From positions 9,514 to 73,513 of the forward strand of contig JBAZZA010000006.1 in assembly GCA_041659025.1 (NCBI GenBank): a stretch of DNA of 64,000 nucleotides, written 5' to 3'. Positions 6,609 through 17,599 of the stretch are shown here, piece after piece (within the stretch, counting starts at the first letter, position 1; each line of letters opens with the position of its first letter). Below the pieces are notes generated by a model, which was not told the DNA's origin, made no database searches, and worked only from the letters and a program-made list of their open reading frames with translations. Made by a program: the position numbers and the translations under genes. This DNA is from Bacteroidales bacterium. Lineage in GTDB: Bacteria > Bacteroidota > Bacteroidia > Bacteroidales > UBA932.

Positions 6609-8276
6609 TTAGTTTCTGTTTCCAAGCAGCTCCCTGGCATTTGCCAGTGCTGCCGATGTAAGTTCCGACCCGCTCAACATCCTTGCAACCTCGGTAACTC
6701 TCTCTCCATCAGATATCTCCCGTATTTTCGTGGTAGTTGTGCCACTGTGGTCAATCTCTTTATATACAAGCAGATGGGTGTTTCCTTTGCTTGCTATCTG
6801 CGGCAGATGAGTTATTGCAAATATCTGCATCTTTTTTGAAAGTGCATCAATAAGATTTCCCATTTTATCTGCAATGCTTCCTGAAACTCCGCTGTCAATC
6901 TCGTCAAAGATCATGGAAGGCATCCCTTTTCCGCTGGCCATTAGCGCTTTAAGGCAAAGCATTATTCTGGAAATCTCTCCGCCAGATGCTACCTTAGAAA
7001 GCTCTCTAGGTGCAATATTTTTGTTGGCAGAGAAGAAAAATGTAACGGCATCCTTTCCGAAAACATTGTATGCCTCTGTCTCTTTAATCTCAACTTCGAA
7101 CACTGCATGGGGCATCTCAAGGTCCCTTATAGCAGAGTTCATCTCAGAGGAGAAGGTATTTGATACCTTTGAGCGTCTCTCATGCAGACTTGCCGACAAC
7201 TCGTCCCTGAGTTTACGGCATTCAGCTATCTCAATATCTGCCTTTTCCAGCTCTTGCTGGTAGCTGTTGCTTAGTAGCAGTTTGCTGTCTAGTTGTTCCT
7301 TTATTGCCAGCAGCTCCTCCACACTCTCTGCATGATGCTTTTTGAGAAGTGTGTAAATGGCAGATATCCGCTCTTCGAGCATCTTTGCCCTTTCCGGCTG
7401 AACCATAACGGAGTCGGCCTTTATTGCCAGCTCCTGCTCAATATCCTTGAGCTCTATGCGGCACGCCTCAAGACGTTCCGTAATTGAATCTATGGCCTTG
7501 AAGTTATGTGATATTTTTGTTGATATGTTAACAGCCTCCTTTAGATTCTGCACAACCGGTATACCGGCAGGGGAGAGGAGCTCAGTTATGTTGAAAAGTG
7601 ATGCTTTTATCTCTTCTGCGTTGCTGAGCAGGCGATACTCCTCTTCTAGCTCCTCCAGTTCGCCTGTTGCCAGTTTTGCCTCCTCCAGCTGATTGAACTG
7701 GAACCTATTGTATTCGGCCTCGCTCTCCTCTCTGGCAAGCTTGGCCTTGAGTTCATTTCTGTGTGAAATCAGCTGGTTTAGCCTTGTGTAGTGGCTCTGG
7801 TACTCTGCAAGCAGAGAGGTGTTGCCGGCAAATGAGTCCAGTACCGATAGCTGAAAGCTTGAGTCTGCAAGCAGCAGATGCTGATGCTGTGCGTGAATGT
7901 CTATGATTTTCTCCGAAATGTCCTTTAGGAACTGCAGGCTGACAGGTTCGTCATTAACGAACGACCTCGATTTACCGTTGGGCGAGACAACTCTTCTAAG
8001 TGTGAGTGATGGCGAGTATTCCAGAGAGTTCTCCTCAAAAATTCTTTGGAAATCGGAATCCCCCTCAATTTCGAACAACGCCTCAACAATACAGTTCTTG
8101 TTCTTGTCCTTAAGTATTGCCATGTCTGCCTTTCCCCCCAGAAGGAGAGAAATTGCTCCCATCAGAATTGACTTTCCTGCGCCGGTCTCGCCAGTGATAA
8201 TAACCAGACCATCCGGAAATCCAATCTCCAGACTCTCAATAAGAGCATAGTTGGATACACTTAGCGATTTGAGCAT
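6609..8276 (-). CDS. recN: DNA repair protein RecN
   Basis: The N-terminus reads MLKSLSVSNYALIESLEIGF...ITGETGAGKSIL (Walker A). There is a long coiled-coil middle and a C-terminal FDEIDSGVSG motif. Confidence 0.92.
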   Translation of the reverse strand: MLKSLSVSNYALIESLEIGFPDGLVIITGETGAGKSILMGAISLLLGGKADMAILKDKNKNCIVEALFEIEGDSDFQRIFEENSLEYSPSLTLRRVVSPNGKSRSFVNDEPVSLQFLKDISEKIIDIHAQHQHLLLADSSFQLSVLDSFAGNTSLLAEYQSHYTRLNQLISHRNELKAKLAREESEAEYNRFQFNQLEEAKLATGELEELEEEYRLLSNAEEIKASLFNITELLSPAGIPVVQNLKEAVNISTKISHNFKAIDSITERLEACRIELKDIEQELAIKADSVMVQPERAKMLEERISAIYTLLKKHHAESVEELLAIKEQLDSKLLLSNSYQQELEKADIEIAECRKLRDELSASLHERRSKVSNTFSSEMNSAIRDLEMPHAVFEVEIKETEAYNVFGKDAVTFFFSANKNIAPRELSKVASGGEISRIMLCLKALMASGKGMPSMIFDEIDSGVSGSIADKMGNLIDALSKKMQIFAITHLPQIASKGNTHLLVYKEIDHSGTTTTKIREISDGERVTEVARMLSGSELTSAALANARELLGNRN

Positions 8277-9487
8277 AAAAGAAGCTTTTCAACCAGATCT
8301 GTAATATCTTTAGCAACCTCAGTCTTATCTTTAAGGGGATATTCATTAACCTCCCCGCTTTTGTTTATGATTGACACCTTGTTGGTGTCTGAGCCGAATC
8401 CTGCACCCTTGTCGTTTAGTGAGTTGAGCACAATGGCATCAAGATTTTTCCTCTCCAGTTTTTTACGGGCATTGGAGAGTTCGTTACTTGTCTCCAGGGC
8501 AAATCCAATGAGGATTGTCCCCTCTTTTTTCAATTCTCCAAGGGAGGCAGCAATATCCTTAGTGGGAGTGAGTTCCAGATTGTAGCTCTCCTTTTCGTTT
8601 TCCTTCTGCCGCTTTATCTTTTCGTCTGCTGCTTTTACCGGTGTGAAGTCTGCAACTGCAGCACAAAGTATTGCAGCATCTATACCTTTGTTAAAGCAAG
8701 AAAGTGTCTCTTTGTACATCTGCTCTGCAGAAACAACATCTATGCGGGTTATGCTTTTTCCTTCAATTTTGAGCGAGGTTGGGCCTGAAACAAGAAACAC
8801 ATCTGCTCCTCTGGCTGCGCACTCTTCTGCAATTGCATATCCCATCTTTCCGCTTGAGTGGTTGGATATATACCTAACCGGATCTATCGCCTCTTGGGTG
8901 GGACCTGCCGTTATGAGTATTTTTTTGCCGGAAAGGCTCTTATTGGCTAAAAAAAAATCGTCGATGATTTTTGCTATAACCTCAGGTTCCTCCATTCTCC
9001 CCTTGCCATCGAGACCGCTAGCAAGTTCACCGGATGCAGGTTCGATTACCTTTACCCCGCGCTTTGCAAGTATCTCTATGCTGTTCTGTGTTGCGGTATG
9101 AAGAAACATATCTACGTCCATTGCCGGTGCCACCATAACAGGGCATCGGGCCGACAGATATGTGGTTAGAAGTAGGTTGTCTGCTATGCCTGTTGCCATT
9201 TTTGACAAGGTGTTCGCCGATGCCGGGGCAATTATATAGAGGTCGGCCCACATTCCCAGTGAGATGTGACTGTTCCAGTCGCCGTTCTCAGGATTGTAGA
9301 ACTCAACCAGAATTGGATTTTTAGAAAGGGTTGCCATAGTGAGGGGCGAGATGAACTGCTTTGCCATCTCTGTCATGATTACCTTTACCTCTGCTCCTTG
9401 CTTGACCAACGATCTTACAAGAACAGCAGATTTGTAAGCAGCTATGCTGCCGGTCACCCCCAGCAATATGTGCTTGCCCTTTAGCAT
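8261..9487 (-). CDS. coaBC: bifunctional phosphopantothenoylcysteine decarboxylase / phosphopantothenate-cysteine ligase
   Basis: An N-terminal flavoprotein domain (GKHILLGVTGSIAAYK) and a C-terminal DFP domain (ITAGPTQEAIDPVRYISNHSSGKMG). Confidence 0.92.
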   Translation of the reverse strand: MLKGKHILLGVTGSIAAYKSAVLVRSLVKQGAEVKVIMTEMAKQFISPLTMATLSKNPILVEFYNPENGDWNSHISLGMWADLYIIAPASANTLSKMATGIADNLLLTTYLSARCPVMVAPAMDVDMFLHTATQNSIEILAKRGVKVIEPASGELASGLDGKGRMEEPEVIAKIIDDFFLANKSLSGKKILITAGPTQEAIDPVRYISNHSSGKMGYAIAEECAARGADVFLVSGPTSLKIEGKSITRIDVVSAEQMYKETLSCFNKGIDAAILCAAVADFTPVKAADEKIKRQKENEKESYNLELTPTKDIAASLGELKKEGTILIGFALETSNELSNARKKLERKNLDAIVLNSLNDKGAGFGSDTNKVSIINKSGEVNEYPLKDKTEVAKDITDLVEKLLLCSNR

Positions 9488-9802
9488 CTATCCCTCTATC
9501 TTTCTGTAGTAGATTTGTCCCTCTTCAAACTCGCTGATTGCCATAAGGGATGGTTTTGGAAGCTTCTCGTAATAACGTGAAATTTCTATCTGCTCCCTGT
9601 TCTCGAATGTCTCCTCAAGTGTGTCGGCATAGTTCGAAAACTCATCAAGTTTCTGACTGAGCTCCTGCTTAACCTCTGCAGATATCTGGTTTGCTCTCTT
9701 GGCAATGATTATTACTGACTCGTAAATGTTGCCTGTGGGAGCAGCTAACTTAGAAAGGTCCCTTGTAATGGTGTTGTTAGGAACCTGTTTTTTAATTTCC
9801 AT
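9488..9802 (-). CDS. rpoZ: RNA polymerase omega subunit-like protein
   Basis: 104 aa. The NIYESVIIIAKRANQI segment resembles the omega core helix. It sits in the conserved position between bamD and coaBC. Confidence 0.65.
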   Translation of the reverse strand: MEIKKQVPNNTITRDLSKLAAPTGNIYESVIIIAKRANQISAEVKQELSQKLDEFSNYADTLEETFENREQIEISRYYEKLPKPSLMAISEFEEGQIYYRKIEG

Positions 9803-9804
9803 AT

Positions 9805-10602
9805 CTATTTTTTAGTTGTATATTCTTGTGCTATGGCAAACCATCCGTCTACCTCTTTCTTATATTTCGACTCCGGATATTCACTTACGAAATTGTAGTA
9901 CTCGTCTATAAGGGCCATAAATCTCTCCTTCTGCTTTGCAGGGATACTATTGTTCGCATAGTGGTAGTTTGCTGCAATTATATAGTACATAATCTCTTCT
10001 CGGTACTGGTTGTCGGCATTCTCCTTCAATACGTTCTTTAGCGCATAAGCGGCTGAGCGGTAGTCTTCTATTGTGTAATATAGCTTTGCTGCCTCAAAGC
10101 TCTTTTTGTCGAGTCTCTCCTGAAGGTCAACGAGCATATCGCGGCAACGCTTGATGTTCTTTGAGTTGGGGTGCTCATACAGATATTCGTTTATTGCAGA
10201 CATCGCTTTGTAGGTTGGCATCTGGTCCAGCTCATACCTGTAGGTTCCGTCGTAAAGACACTCAATGCGAAGGAATTTTGCCTCTTCTGTGAACGGGCTC
10301 CTTGGGTAAACTTGTACGAATGTTTCAAAATTAGCCTCTGCAGTTGTTACGTCGCCGAATTTATAGTTGCTTAGCCCCAGGTAGAACTGAACTGTATCAT
10401 CTTTATCTGTATTCTTGAGTGGTAAAAGCAGCTGATCGAAAAGTGTTGCTGCTTTTAGGTACTTTTTGGCATTGTAGTAGTTCATTGCACCATTGTACTT
10501 AAGTTCAACGTCTGCTGTCTTTAAGAGTGCATCATACTGTGATTTGCAGGAAGTTGCAAGAAATCCTGCCAAAACGATAATAATAATTTTACCTGGTTTC
10601 AT
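9805..10602 (-). CDS. bamD: outer membrane assembly lipoprotein BamD/YfiO (TPR)
   Basis: A lipobox (LAGFLATSC), TPR-like repeats and a size and context typical of BamD. Confidence 0.8.
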   Translation of the reverse strand: MKPGKIIIIVLAGFLATSCKSQYDALLKTADVELKYNGAMNYYNAKKYLKAATLFDQLLLPLKNTDKDDTVQFYLGLSNYKFGDVTTAEANFETFVQVYPRSPFTEEAKFLRIECLYDGTYRYELDQMPTYKAMSAINEYLYEHPNSKNIKRCRDMLVDLQERLDKKSFEAAKLYYTIEDYRSAAYALKNVLKENADNQYREEIMYYIIAANYHYANNSIPAKQKERFMALIDEYYNFVSEYPESKYKKEVDGWFAIAQEYTTKK

Positions 10603-10608
10603 TGGCTT

Positions 10609-11544
10609 TTATTTATTTTCCGATAAGAATCTTTCCGCGTCAATGGCAGCCATACATCCGGAACCGGCCGCTGTAACTGCCTGACGATAGTGTGGGTCCT
10701 GAACATCGCCTGCTGCAAACACTCCCGGTACCTTTGTCTTGCTGCTTTTACCCTCGGTTAAAATGTAGCCCTCTTCATTTACCTCTACCCATTTGCTGAA
10801 TAGTTCGGAATTTGGATGGTGCCCGATTGCCACAAAATATCCGTGGATATCAATTTTTTTCTCCGTACCGTTTTTGTGAACAAGAATCGCACCATTAACG
10901 CCGCCCATAGGTGTTCCTGTAATCTCTTTTGTATTATGTTGCCAGAGAATCTCTATGTTTGGAGTGTTTTTTACCCTCTCCTGCATTGCTATAGAGGCTC
11001 TTAACACATCTCTTCTCACAATCAGGTAAACTTTGTTGCAAAGACCGGCAAGATAACTTGCCTCTTCGCATGCAGTGTCACCGCCGCCTACAACTGCAAC
11101 ATCTTTGCCTTTGTAGAAAAATCCGTCGCATGTTGCACAAGCAGAGACACCTTGTCCCTTATATTTCTCTTCTGACTCAAGCCCCAGGTATTTTGCAGTT
11201 GCACCGGTTGCTATTATTATTGTCTCGGCAAGTATTTCCTTCTCTTCGTCCACCACAATCCTGAATGGTCTCTCAGAAAGATCGGCATTGGTTACAAGGC
11301 CAAATCTTACATCGGTTCCGAATCTCAAAGATTGTTCCCTCAACTCGTTCATCATCTCCTGCCCGTCAATGCCCTTGGGATAACCGGGGAAATTGTCAAT
11401 TTCTGTTGTTGTGGTAAGCTGGCCACCGGGTTGGATTCCCTCATACAATACTGGCTGAAGATTGGCTCGCGATGCATAGATTGCGGCTGTGTAGCCTGCA
11501 GGACCACTGCCAATAATCAGACATTTTACTTTTTCTGCACTCAT
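10609..11544 (-). CDS. trxB: thioredoxin-disulfide reductase
   Basis: GSGPAGYTAA FAD motif, CATC redox-active site and GGGDTACEEA NADPH motif. Confidence 0.93.
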   Translation of the reverse strand: MSAEKVKCLIIGSGPAGYTAAIYASRANLQPVLYEGIQPGGQLTTTTEIDNFPGYPKGIDGQEMMNELREQSLRFGTDVRFGLVTNADLSERPFRIVVDEEKEILAETIIIATGATAKYLGLESEEKYKGQGVSACATCDGFFYKGKDVAVVGGGDTACEEASYLAGLCNKVYLIVRRDVLRASIAMQERVKNTPNIEILWQHNTKEITGTPMGGVNGAILVHKNGTEKKIDIHGYFVAIGHHPNSELFSKWVEVNEEGYILTEGKSSKTKVPGVFAAGDVQDPHYRQAVTAAGSGCMAAIDAERFLSENK

Positions 11545-11570
11545 ATAAATTATTTGTTTTGACTTTCAAC

Positions 11571-12509
11571 CTACAAAGGTAAGAATTTTTTTCTTAAGAC
11601 CATCTCCAGACGTAATTCCCAAACGAGTAGAAATGCCATGAACCATCTGGAAAATAGGAGCCATAATACCATACCCCCTATAGAAGAGAGCAAAATAACA
11701 TCCTCCAGGTTGCTGTGCGATACAGCTATGTGGTGGTTTAACAGGTCGATATCCTTTTTTGTAACCTTGCCATTCTCATATTCATCTATCATTACAGCAG
11801 CTCCATAGGCTAGACCCAGTATATTTGCCACTATCCAGAGGAAAGAGGTTTTTGCCGGCAGACCGAAAACTGCAAGTATAGGTCTTAAAAACTTTGATAT
11901 CCACCTAATTACCCCAAATTCCGATAGCAATCGCTGCATTACGGAGAGTGTGAAAATAAGGACCGTCATCTTTATTACAACCGTTATTGTGGAGTTGAAC
12001 CACTCTCTGGCCATATCCATCAGGGGTACATTTGCCAGACTTGGCTGAGTATAAAGCGATGCAACCTCCCCCGGCATTATGATATTGAGCACAAACCCCA
12101 GAATGAATGCAGAGAGTGTCCTTATTACAACCATTCTTACGGCAGATGAGCCTGTCTTCTTCTGCACTGCGGTCTCGGTTATGATATTATGTGCACAAAG
12201 GACCATTACCGAAAGTATGGTAATGGCCCTTATGTCCAGATGTAATGTCACTATTACGGCAATGGCCGAATATACATTTACAAAATATCCTGTTACAAAT
12301 GCAAGTGCGGCCTCACCGGGCAGACCTACAATATTGAAAACAGGGCTTATCAACTCAGAGAACCAGGGTAAAATGTTCAGGTACCTAAGAAAAAGGATTC
12401 CTAATGAAATCAATACTGTTACCTTAATGAGCCAAAGGCAAGTCTTGAGGGTTTTTGGCAGTATTTCCTTTACCGAGTCAATTGCTCTCTGTTTTGCAGA
12501 TCTTTCCAT
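11571..12509 (-). CDS. nucleoside-recognition (Gate) domain membrane protein
   Basis: Polytopic membrane protein, 312 aa. Its segments resemble the FeoB/NupC Gate domain. This assignment is moderate. Confidence 0.55.
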   Translation of the reverse strand: MERSAKQRAIDSVKEILPKTLKTCLWLIKVTVLISLGILFLRYLNILPWFSELISPVFNIVGLPGEAALAFVTGYFVNVYSAIAVIVTLHLDIRAITILSVMVLCAHNIITETAVQKKTGSSAVRMVVIRTLSAFILGFVLNIIMPGEVASLYTQPSLANVPLMDMAREWFNSTITVVIKMTVLIFTLSVMQRLLSEFGVIRWISKFLRPILAVFGLPAKTSFLWIVANILGLAYGAAVMIDEYENGKVTKKDIDLLNHHIAVSHSNLEDVILLSSIGGMVLWLLFSRWFMAFLLVWELRLEMVLRKKFLPL

Positions 12510-12548
12510 ATTTTGAAATAATCTGCAAATATAGGTTAAATAAGACTC

Positions 12549-13127
12549 TTAATAATTATTTTTCTTAGGCTCAAAGTAGGCTTTAGGATGGTCGCATGCA
12601 GGGCAGTTTTCCAATGCCTTCTTTCCTTTATGCACATAACCGCAGTTGCGGCACTGCCATTCAATCTCCTCTTCCCTTTCGAAGAATTTGTCTTCAACCA
12701 GACGTGCCAGAAGTATTCTGTATCTTGCCTCGTGCTCAGCTTCAACCTTTGCAATCATCTTGAATGCTGTTGCTACTTTTGGAAAACCCTCCTCCATTGC
12801 TATTCTTGCAAATTCAGGATAGAGATCGGACCACTCTTCGTGTTCACCGTCAGCTGCTGCTGCAAGGTTTTCCTTTGTTGTAGATATCATTCCTGCAGGA
12901 TAACTGGCGGTAATTTCAACCATGCCACCTTCCAGAAACTTGAAAAATCTTTTGGCGTGCTCCTTCTCCTGTTCTGCAGTCTCTGCAAAAACATCGGCAA
13001 TCTTTTCGAATCCCTCTTTTTTAGCCACACTTGTAAAATATGTGTATCTGTTCCTTGCCTGTGATTCGCCGGCAAATGCCTTTAAAAGATTTTGTTCTGT
13101 TTTTGTTCCTTTAATACTTTTTTCCAT
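12549..13127 (-). CDS. rbr: rubrerythrin
   Basis: An N-terminal ferritin-like diiron domain (ExxH pairs: EQEKEHAKRF, EAEHEARY) and a C-terminal rubredoxin CxxC...CxxC (CRNCG...CPACD). Confidence 0.92.
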   Translation of the reverse strand: MEKSIKGTKTEQNLLKAFAGESQARNRYTYFTSVAKKEGFEKIADVFAETAEQEKEHAKRFFKFLEGGMVEITASYPAGMISTTKENLAAAADGEHEEWSDLYPEFARIAMEEGFPKVATAFKMIAKVEAEHEARYRILLARLVEDKFFEREEEIEWQCRNCGYVHKGKKALENCPACDHPKAYFEPKKNNY

Positions 13128-13228
13128 AAAAATTTCTTTAAATATTAATATTCATCATCTGACACAAATTTAGCAAAAATTCTTGTTTGATTTGTACATT
13201 TGTATAAATACATTTTAAATATCATTCC

Positions 13229-15019
13229 ATGCAAAACAGTAGATTGGAACTCATCCGTTCCTATATGTCGGACAATCAGTTGTCGGCTTTTGTAGTCCCT
13301 TCAAACGACACCCATTTCGGAGAGTATATACAGGACCATTACAAATGTCTTGAGTGGCTATCGGGCTTTAACGGCTCTGCCGGAACAGTCGTGGTTACAT
13401 TGGAGGAAGCTGCTCTCTGGACAGATTCCAGATACTTTGTGCAGGCAGAGAAACAGCTTTCCGGGTCGGGGATTCAGCTTAAAAAGATGAAGATGCCGGG
13501 CACCGAATCTGTGGAGAGATGGCTCATGGACAGATTACCTGCAAATTCGAAGGTGGGGATATATGCCGGACTATTCTCGGTTGCAGACTATCACTCGTTA
13601 AGGGAACAAGTGCTTCCGCTGGAGCTGACTTTGTGCGACGATCCTTTTGCTCAGATATGGAGTGACCGGCCCGCAGCCTATTCAAATGAGATAAAATATT
13701 ACGATACCAGATACAGTGGCGAGTCTACCTCTTCCAAACACAGGCGTGTCATTGATGCAATAGACTATAAAGGCAACTTCATATACATGGTCTCTTCCTG
13801 TGACGATATTGCCTGGTTATGCAACATAAGGGGAAGTGACGTTGAGTTCAACACTCTTGCAATGGCATATGCTGCTGTTACAAATGATGCTGTTATCCTT
13901 TTTGTAGAAAGGTCGGCAGTTTCCGAGGAGCTGGAGATCCTTCTTAATTCGCAAGGGGTGGAGATTCAGGATTATGATAAGTTTGCAAGCTTTATGTTGG
14001 CCTATCCTAAAGATTTTGTACGTATTGCATCGAGAGATAAGATATCTATCAAAAACTATTCAGCTTCCATAAAAAACGGGGCAAGCTTTGTATCTGACAA
14101 GCTGAGGGGTGGGGTTATTGCTAACCTTAAGGCAAGGAAAAACAATACTGAAATTGAGGGATTCAGGAAGGCAATGCTTCTAGATTCTGTAGCATGGATA
14201 AAGTTATGGATGTATCTGGAGGAGACAATGAAGGATAAAAATTCGATACTTACTGAGTGGGACGTGGCATGTAAAATAAAATCCATAAGAGAGATGTCGG
14301 AACATTACAGGGGTGAGAGTTTCTGTCCAATAGTGGCTTTTGGCAAGAACGGTGCGCTTCCGCACTACGAACCCTCTTCTAAGGAGCACGATGTAATTGG
14401 TAAGGAGGGTATTCTGCTTATTGATACCGGAGGCCAGTATGTTTTCGGGACAACTGATACAACAAGGACATTTGCCTTGGGTGAACCTACACAAGAGCAG
14501 AAAAGAGATTATACGCTGGTTTTGAAGGGTATGATAAATCTGAGCATGGCTAAGTTTCCTAAGGGTACCAGAGGTGCTTCGCTTGACGTTCTGGCCAGGG
14601 GGCCCATCTGTTCTGAAGCAAAGATATACCTTCACGGGACCGGCCATGGTATTGGCCACTACCTATGTGTTCACGAGGGTCCGCAAAGCATAAGGATGGA
14701 GGAGAATCCAGTTGTCCTGGAAACAGGGATGGTCATTTCCAACGAACCTGCTGTCTATGAGGCAGGGAGTTATGGGATAAGGATCGAGAACACTATACTT
14801 TGCACCGATTGGACAGAGAGCAAGTATGGGGTGTTTTACCAGTTCGAAACCTTGAACCTTATTCCTATTGACAAACGGCCGATAATTAAGGATTTGCTTG
14901 GCAAAGAGGCAACAGATTGGCTTAATAGTTATCATGCTGCCGTATACGAAAAGATTTCTCCTTTGCTTGACGAAAAGGAGAGAGTGTGGCTAGCGGCTAA
15001 GATGGCTGATATTGATTGA
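13229..15019 (+). CDS. pepP: Xaa-Pro aminopeptidase (M24B, with creatinase-like N domains)
   Basis: HGTGHGIGHYLCVHEGPQ and SNEPAVYE metal-ligand motifs. 596 aa. Confidence 0.85.
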   Translation: MQNSRLELIRSYMSDNQLSAFVVPSNDTHFGEYIQDHYKCLEWLSGFNGSAGTVVVTLEEAALWTDSRYFVQAEKQLSGSGIQLKKMKMPGTESVERWLMDRLPANSKVGIYAGLFSVADYHSLREQVLPLELTLCDDPFAQIWSDRPAAYSNEIKYYDTRYSGESTSSKHRRVIDAIDYKGNFIYMVSSCDDIAWLCNIRGSDVEFNTLAMAYAAVTNDAVILFVERSAVSEELEILLNSQGVEIQDYDKFASFMLAYPKDFVRIASRDKISIKNYSASIKNGASFVSDKLRGGVIANLKARKNNTEIEGFRKAMLLDSVAWIKLWMYLEETMKDKNSILTEWDVACKIKSIREMSEHYRGESFCPIVAFGKNGALPHYEPSSKEHDVIGKEGILLIDTGGQYVFGTTDTTRTFALGEPTQEQKRDYTLVLKGMINLSMAKFPKGTRGASLDVLARGPICSEAKIYLHGTGHGIGHYLCVHEGPQSIRMEENPVVLETGMVISNEPAVYEAGSYGIRIENTILCTDWTESKYGVFYQFETLNLIPIDKRPIIKDLLGKEATDWLNSYHAAVYEKISPLLDEKERVWLAAKMADID

Positions 15020-16636
15020 GTAGTCGGGGTTATAGATAATCAGCCTTGAGGCATTGTTTATAAACCCGTTGTTGCTTCCGATCCGTTCAAATATCATGTC
15101 TGTCTGGAGAAGGTTCCTCCGGTATCTGTCAATTTTTCTTGAAAAATTGGTTCCCAATGTATTGAGGGCTCCCAAGAAATAGTATGCAATATCGTATGCC
15201 TGAAAAGAGTAGGGGGTGGGTTCCGATCCGTATAGGGCCCTGTATCTTGCCAGAAATTTCTTTACGTTCTCATCTGAATAGTCTACATAATACTGTAGCG
15301 ATATGTGAAGGTTCATCGAGTGGAAGTAGTTTATGTCTATGCTCTCGAAGCTTCTCCATCTGTGGGTTCCGTACAGAGTTATCTGATAATTGCTTCGTGT
15401 ATTAAGAAGGTTGAGGTTCCTTAGTACGTCGGATACAAAAGCTTCTGAGTTAGAGACCACAATAACATCATTCATGTTTTCTAATGACAGCTTCTCAGCC
15501 ATTAGAGGACCGACTGATCTACCGGACAATAAATTGTATGACAAAGAATTGTATTGTATATGCTTATTGTTTAGTATCTCTTTTGTCATATCCACGAGTT
15601 CCTTGTCGGAATCTGACGATTCAAATATAATGGTCACATAGTTTCTGGGTGTGAGGTTCCTCAGTAGAGCAAGTTGCTGGCTGTAAGGGCTGGAACTTGC
15701 CTGAAAAAAATCGGGGTGGTTCTTTGCCAGAGCTTCTGTCTTTGGATCCATTGGCGACACTAGTGGTATGCTCCTCTCAGATGCATAGTTGAGAATCGGT
15801 TCCACTTCGTTCATAAATACTGGCCCGATTATTATGTCGCTGCCATCGAGTCTGCCGGACTGTGCAAGAATGCTACCACTCTGAAAATCAGATAGGTCAA
15901 AAACCTTTATGCTCGCATTCATACCCTCTGCTTTTAGCTCTTGTGCCGCTAGAAGAAATCCCTGATAGAAATCGAGATAATTGTTATTGCCGTCCTGGGG
16001 GGCCTCTGTATTGTTGCTTCCGATTGGCAGTATTAGTGAAACATCGTAGGTCTGCTTTCTCTCCGACCTGGCAGGCACAACATTTTCGGTCTCTGTATCA
16101 GCCATTTTTCTGATTTCATTTACGGATTCTGTAGCTGTTTTTGTAACAGGTTCAACAATAATATTCTCATCTTGGATGGCCATATCTGCCTCTACAGGAA
16201 TCAACAACTTCTGACGTGTTTTTAGTATTCTATCATTGAGGGAATTGGCATTTATAATATCCTCTACGGAAACATTGTATTTTTTGGCAATGGACTCGAT
16301 GGTCTCATACCATCTTACAATGTGCTTCTTGTAACCCTGTTTTGTTGTCTCTTTCTGAACTTTTGGATCACTTGTCCTTATATAAATAGTCTCTCCCTCC
16401 TTAAGCCCGCTTTTTAATACAGGATTGTCGTTTATTATTGTTATAGCACTTATTCCATAAGACTTGCTTATAGAGAAAAGTGTCTGGTTCTTTTCTGCCT
16501 TATGGACATAGAACTCTATACCGTCCCGTACGGTTCTCTCTTTGGAAACAACAACCGCAGCAGGAGTAAACTGACCAAAAAGCTCCGAAGAGCAAAAAAG
16601 GGAGAGTGAAAAGATTATTGTAACAAGATATCTCAT
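14990..16636 (-). CDS. LysM-repeat protein fused to a periplasmic-binding-protein (type 1)-like domain
   Basis: A signal peptide and two LysM-like segments ([27 protein letters not shown] and [27 protein letters not shown]), followed by a PBP1-like C-terminal region. Confidence 0.7.
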   Translation of the reverse strand: MRYLVTIIFSLSLFCSSELFGQFTPAAVVVSKERTVRDGIEFYVHKAEKNQTLFSISKSYGISAITIINDNPVLKSGLKEGETIYIRTSDPKVQKETTKQGYKKHIVRWYETIESIAKKYNVSVEDIINANSLNDRILKTRQKLLIPVEADMAIQDENIIVEPVTKTATESVNEIRKMADTETENVVPARSERKQTYDVSLILPIGSNNTEAPQDGNNNYLDFYQGFLLAAQELKAEGMNASIKVFDLSDFQSGSILAQSGRLDGSDIIIGPVFMNEVEPILNYASERSIPLVSPMDPKTEALAKNHPDFFQASSSPYSQQLALLRNLTPRNYVTIIFESSDSDKELVDMTKEILNNKHIQYNSLSYNLLSGRSVGPLMAEKLSLENMNDVIVVSNSEAFVSDVLRNLNLLNTRSNYQITLYGTHRWRSFESIDINYFHSMNLHISLQYYVDYSDENVKKFLARYRALYGSEPTPYSFQAYDIAYYFLGALNTLGTNFSRKIDRYRRNLLQTDMIFERIGSNNGFINNASRLIIYNPDYSINISHLSR

Positions 16637-17583
16637 AATCTTGCGAGCATGTTTTTAATGTTTGTCTCTATTCTCTCATAAATATCCTGATTATACTCTG
16701 CACGTTCAAATGAGTTGCCGGTAATGTGCTCATATAGCTCTATATATCTGTCGGAAATTGACTTTACTATTTCATCTGTCATCTCAGGTACGGTCTGTCC
16801 GGTCTGTCCGGAAAAATTGTTTTCCATAAGCCACTCTCTTACAAATTCTTTGGAGAGCTGCTTCTGTGGTAGCCCCTTTGCAAATAGCTCGTCGTAGCTG
16901 CTGCTGTAAAAATATCTTGATGAGTCCGGAGTGTGGATCTCGTCTATGAGGTAAATCTTGTCGCCCTTCTTGCCAAATTCATACTTTGTGTCTACAAGTA
17001 TGAGCCCTCTTTCTGCAGCAATTTCTGACCCTCTGCTGAAAAGTGCTAGTGAATACTCCTCCAGTTTCAGATAATCAGCTTCGCTGACAAGTCCGCTTGA
17101 TATAATTTCTTCTCTTGAGATATCCTGGTCATGTGTACCTATCTCAGCTTTTGTTGTGGGGGTAAGTATCGGGTTGGCGAACTTTTGATGCTCCTTCATG
17201 CCATCCGGTATGGTAACACCGCAGATTTCACGTGCGCCTGCCTTATATGCTCTCCATGAACTTCCTGTAAGATATGCCCTTACAATCATCTCTACAGGAA
17301 ATCCGGTGCATTTGTGACCAACTGTAACCATAGGGTCCGGCGAAGCTATCTTCCAGTTTGGAACTATGTCGGCAGTGCTGTCCAGAAATTTTGAGGCAAT
17401 CTGATTAAGCACCTGTCCCTTATATGGAATGCCCTTGGGTAAGACAACGTCAAACGCAGATATTCTGTCGGTGGCTACCATAACCAGATAGTCGTCGCCG
17501 ATGCTGTACACGTCTCTCACTTTACCTACATATTTGCCGCTCTGTTTTGGAAAATCGAATTCTGTCCTGGTAATTGCATTCAT
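16633..17583 (-). CDS. purC: phosphoribosylaminoimidazole-succinocarboxamide synthase
   Basis: GKVRDVY...TDRISAFD...LVDTKYEFG motifs, long-form PurC. Confidence 0.9.
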   Translation of the reverse strand: MNAITRTEFDFPKQSGKYVGKVRDVYSIGDDYLVMVATDRISAFDVVLPKGIPYKGQVLNQIASKFLDSTADIVPNWKIASPDPMVTVGHKCTGFPVEMIVRAYLTGSSWRAYKAGAREICGVTIPDGMKEHQKFANPILTPTTKAEIGTHDQDISREEIISSGLVSEADYLKLEEYSLALFSRGSEIAAERGLILVDTKYEFGKKGDKIYLIDEIHTPDSSRYFYSSSYDELFAKGLPQKQLSKEFVREWLMENNFSGQTGQTVPEMTDEIVKSISDRYIELYEHITGNSFERAEYNQDIYERIETNIKNMLARL

Positions 17584-17599
17584 TGTGATAAAAAAGTAT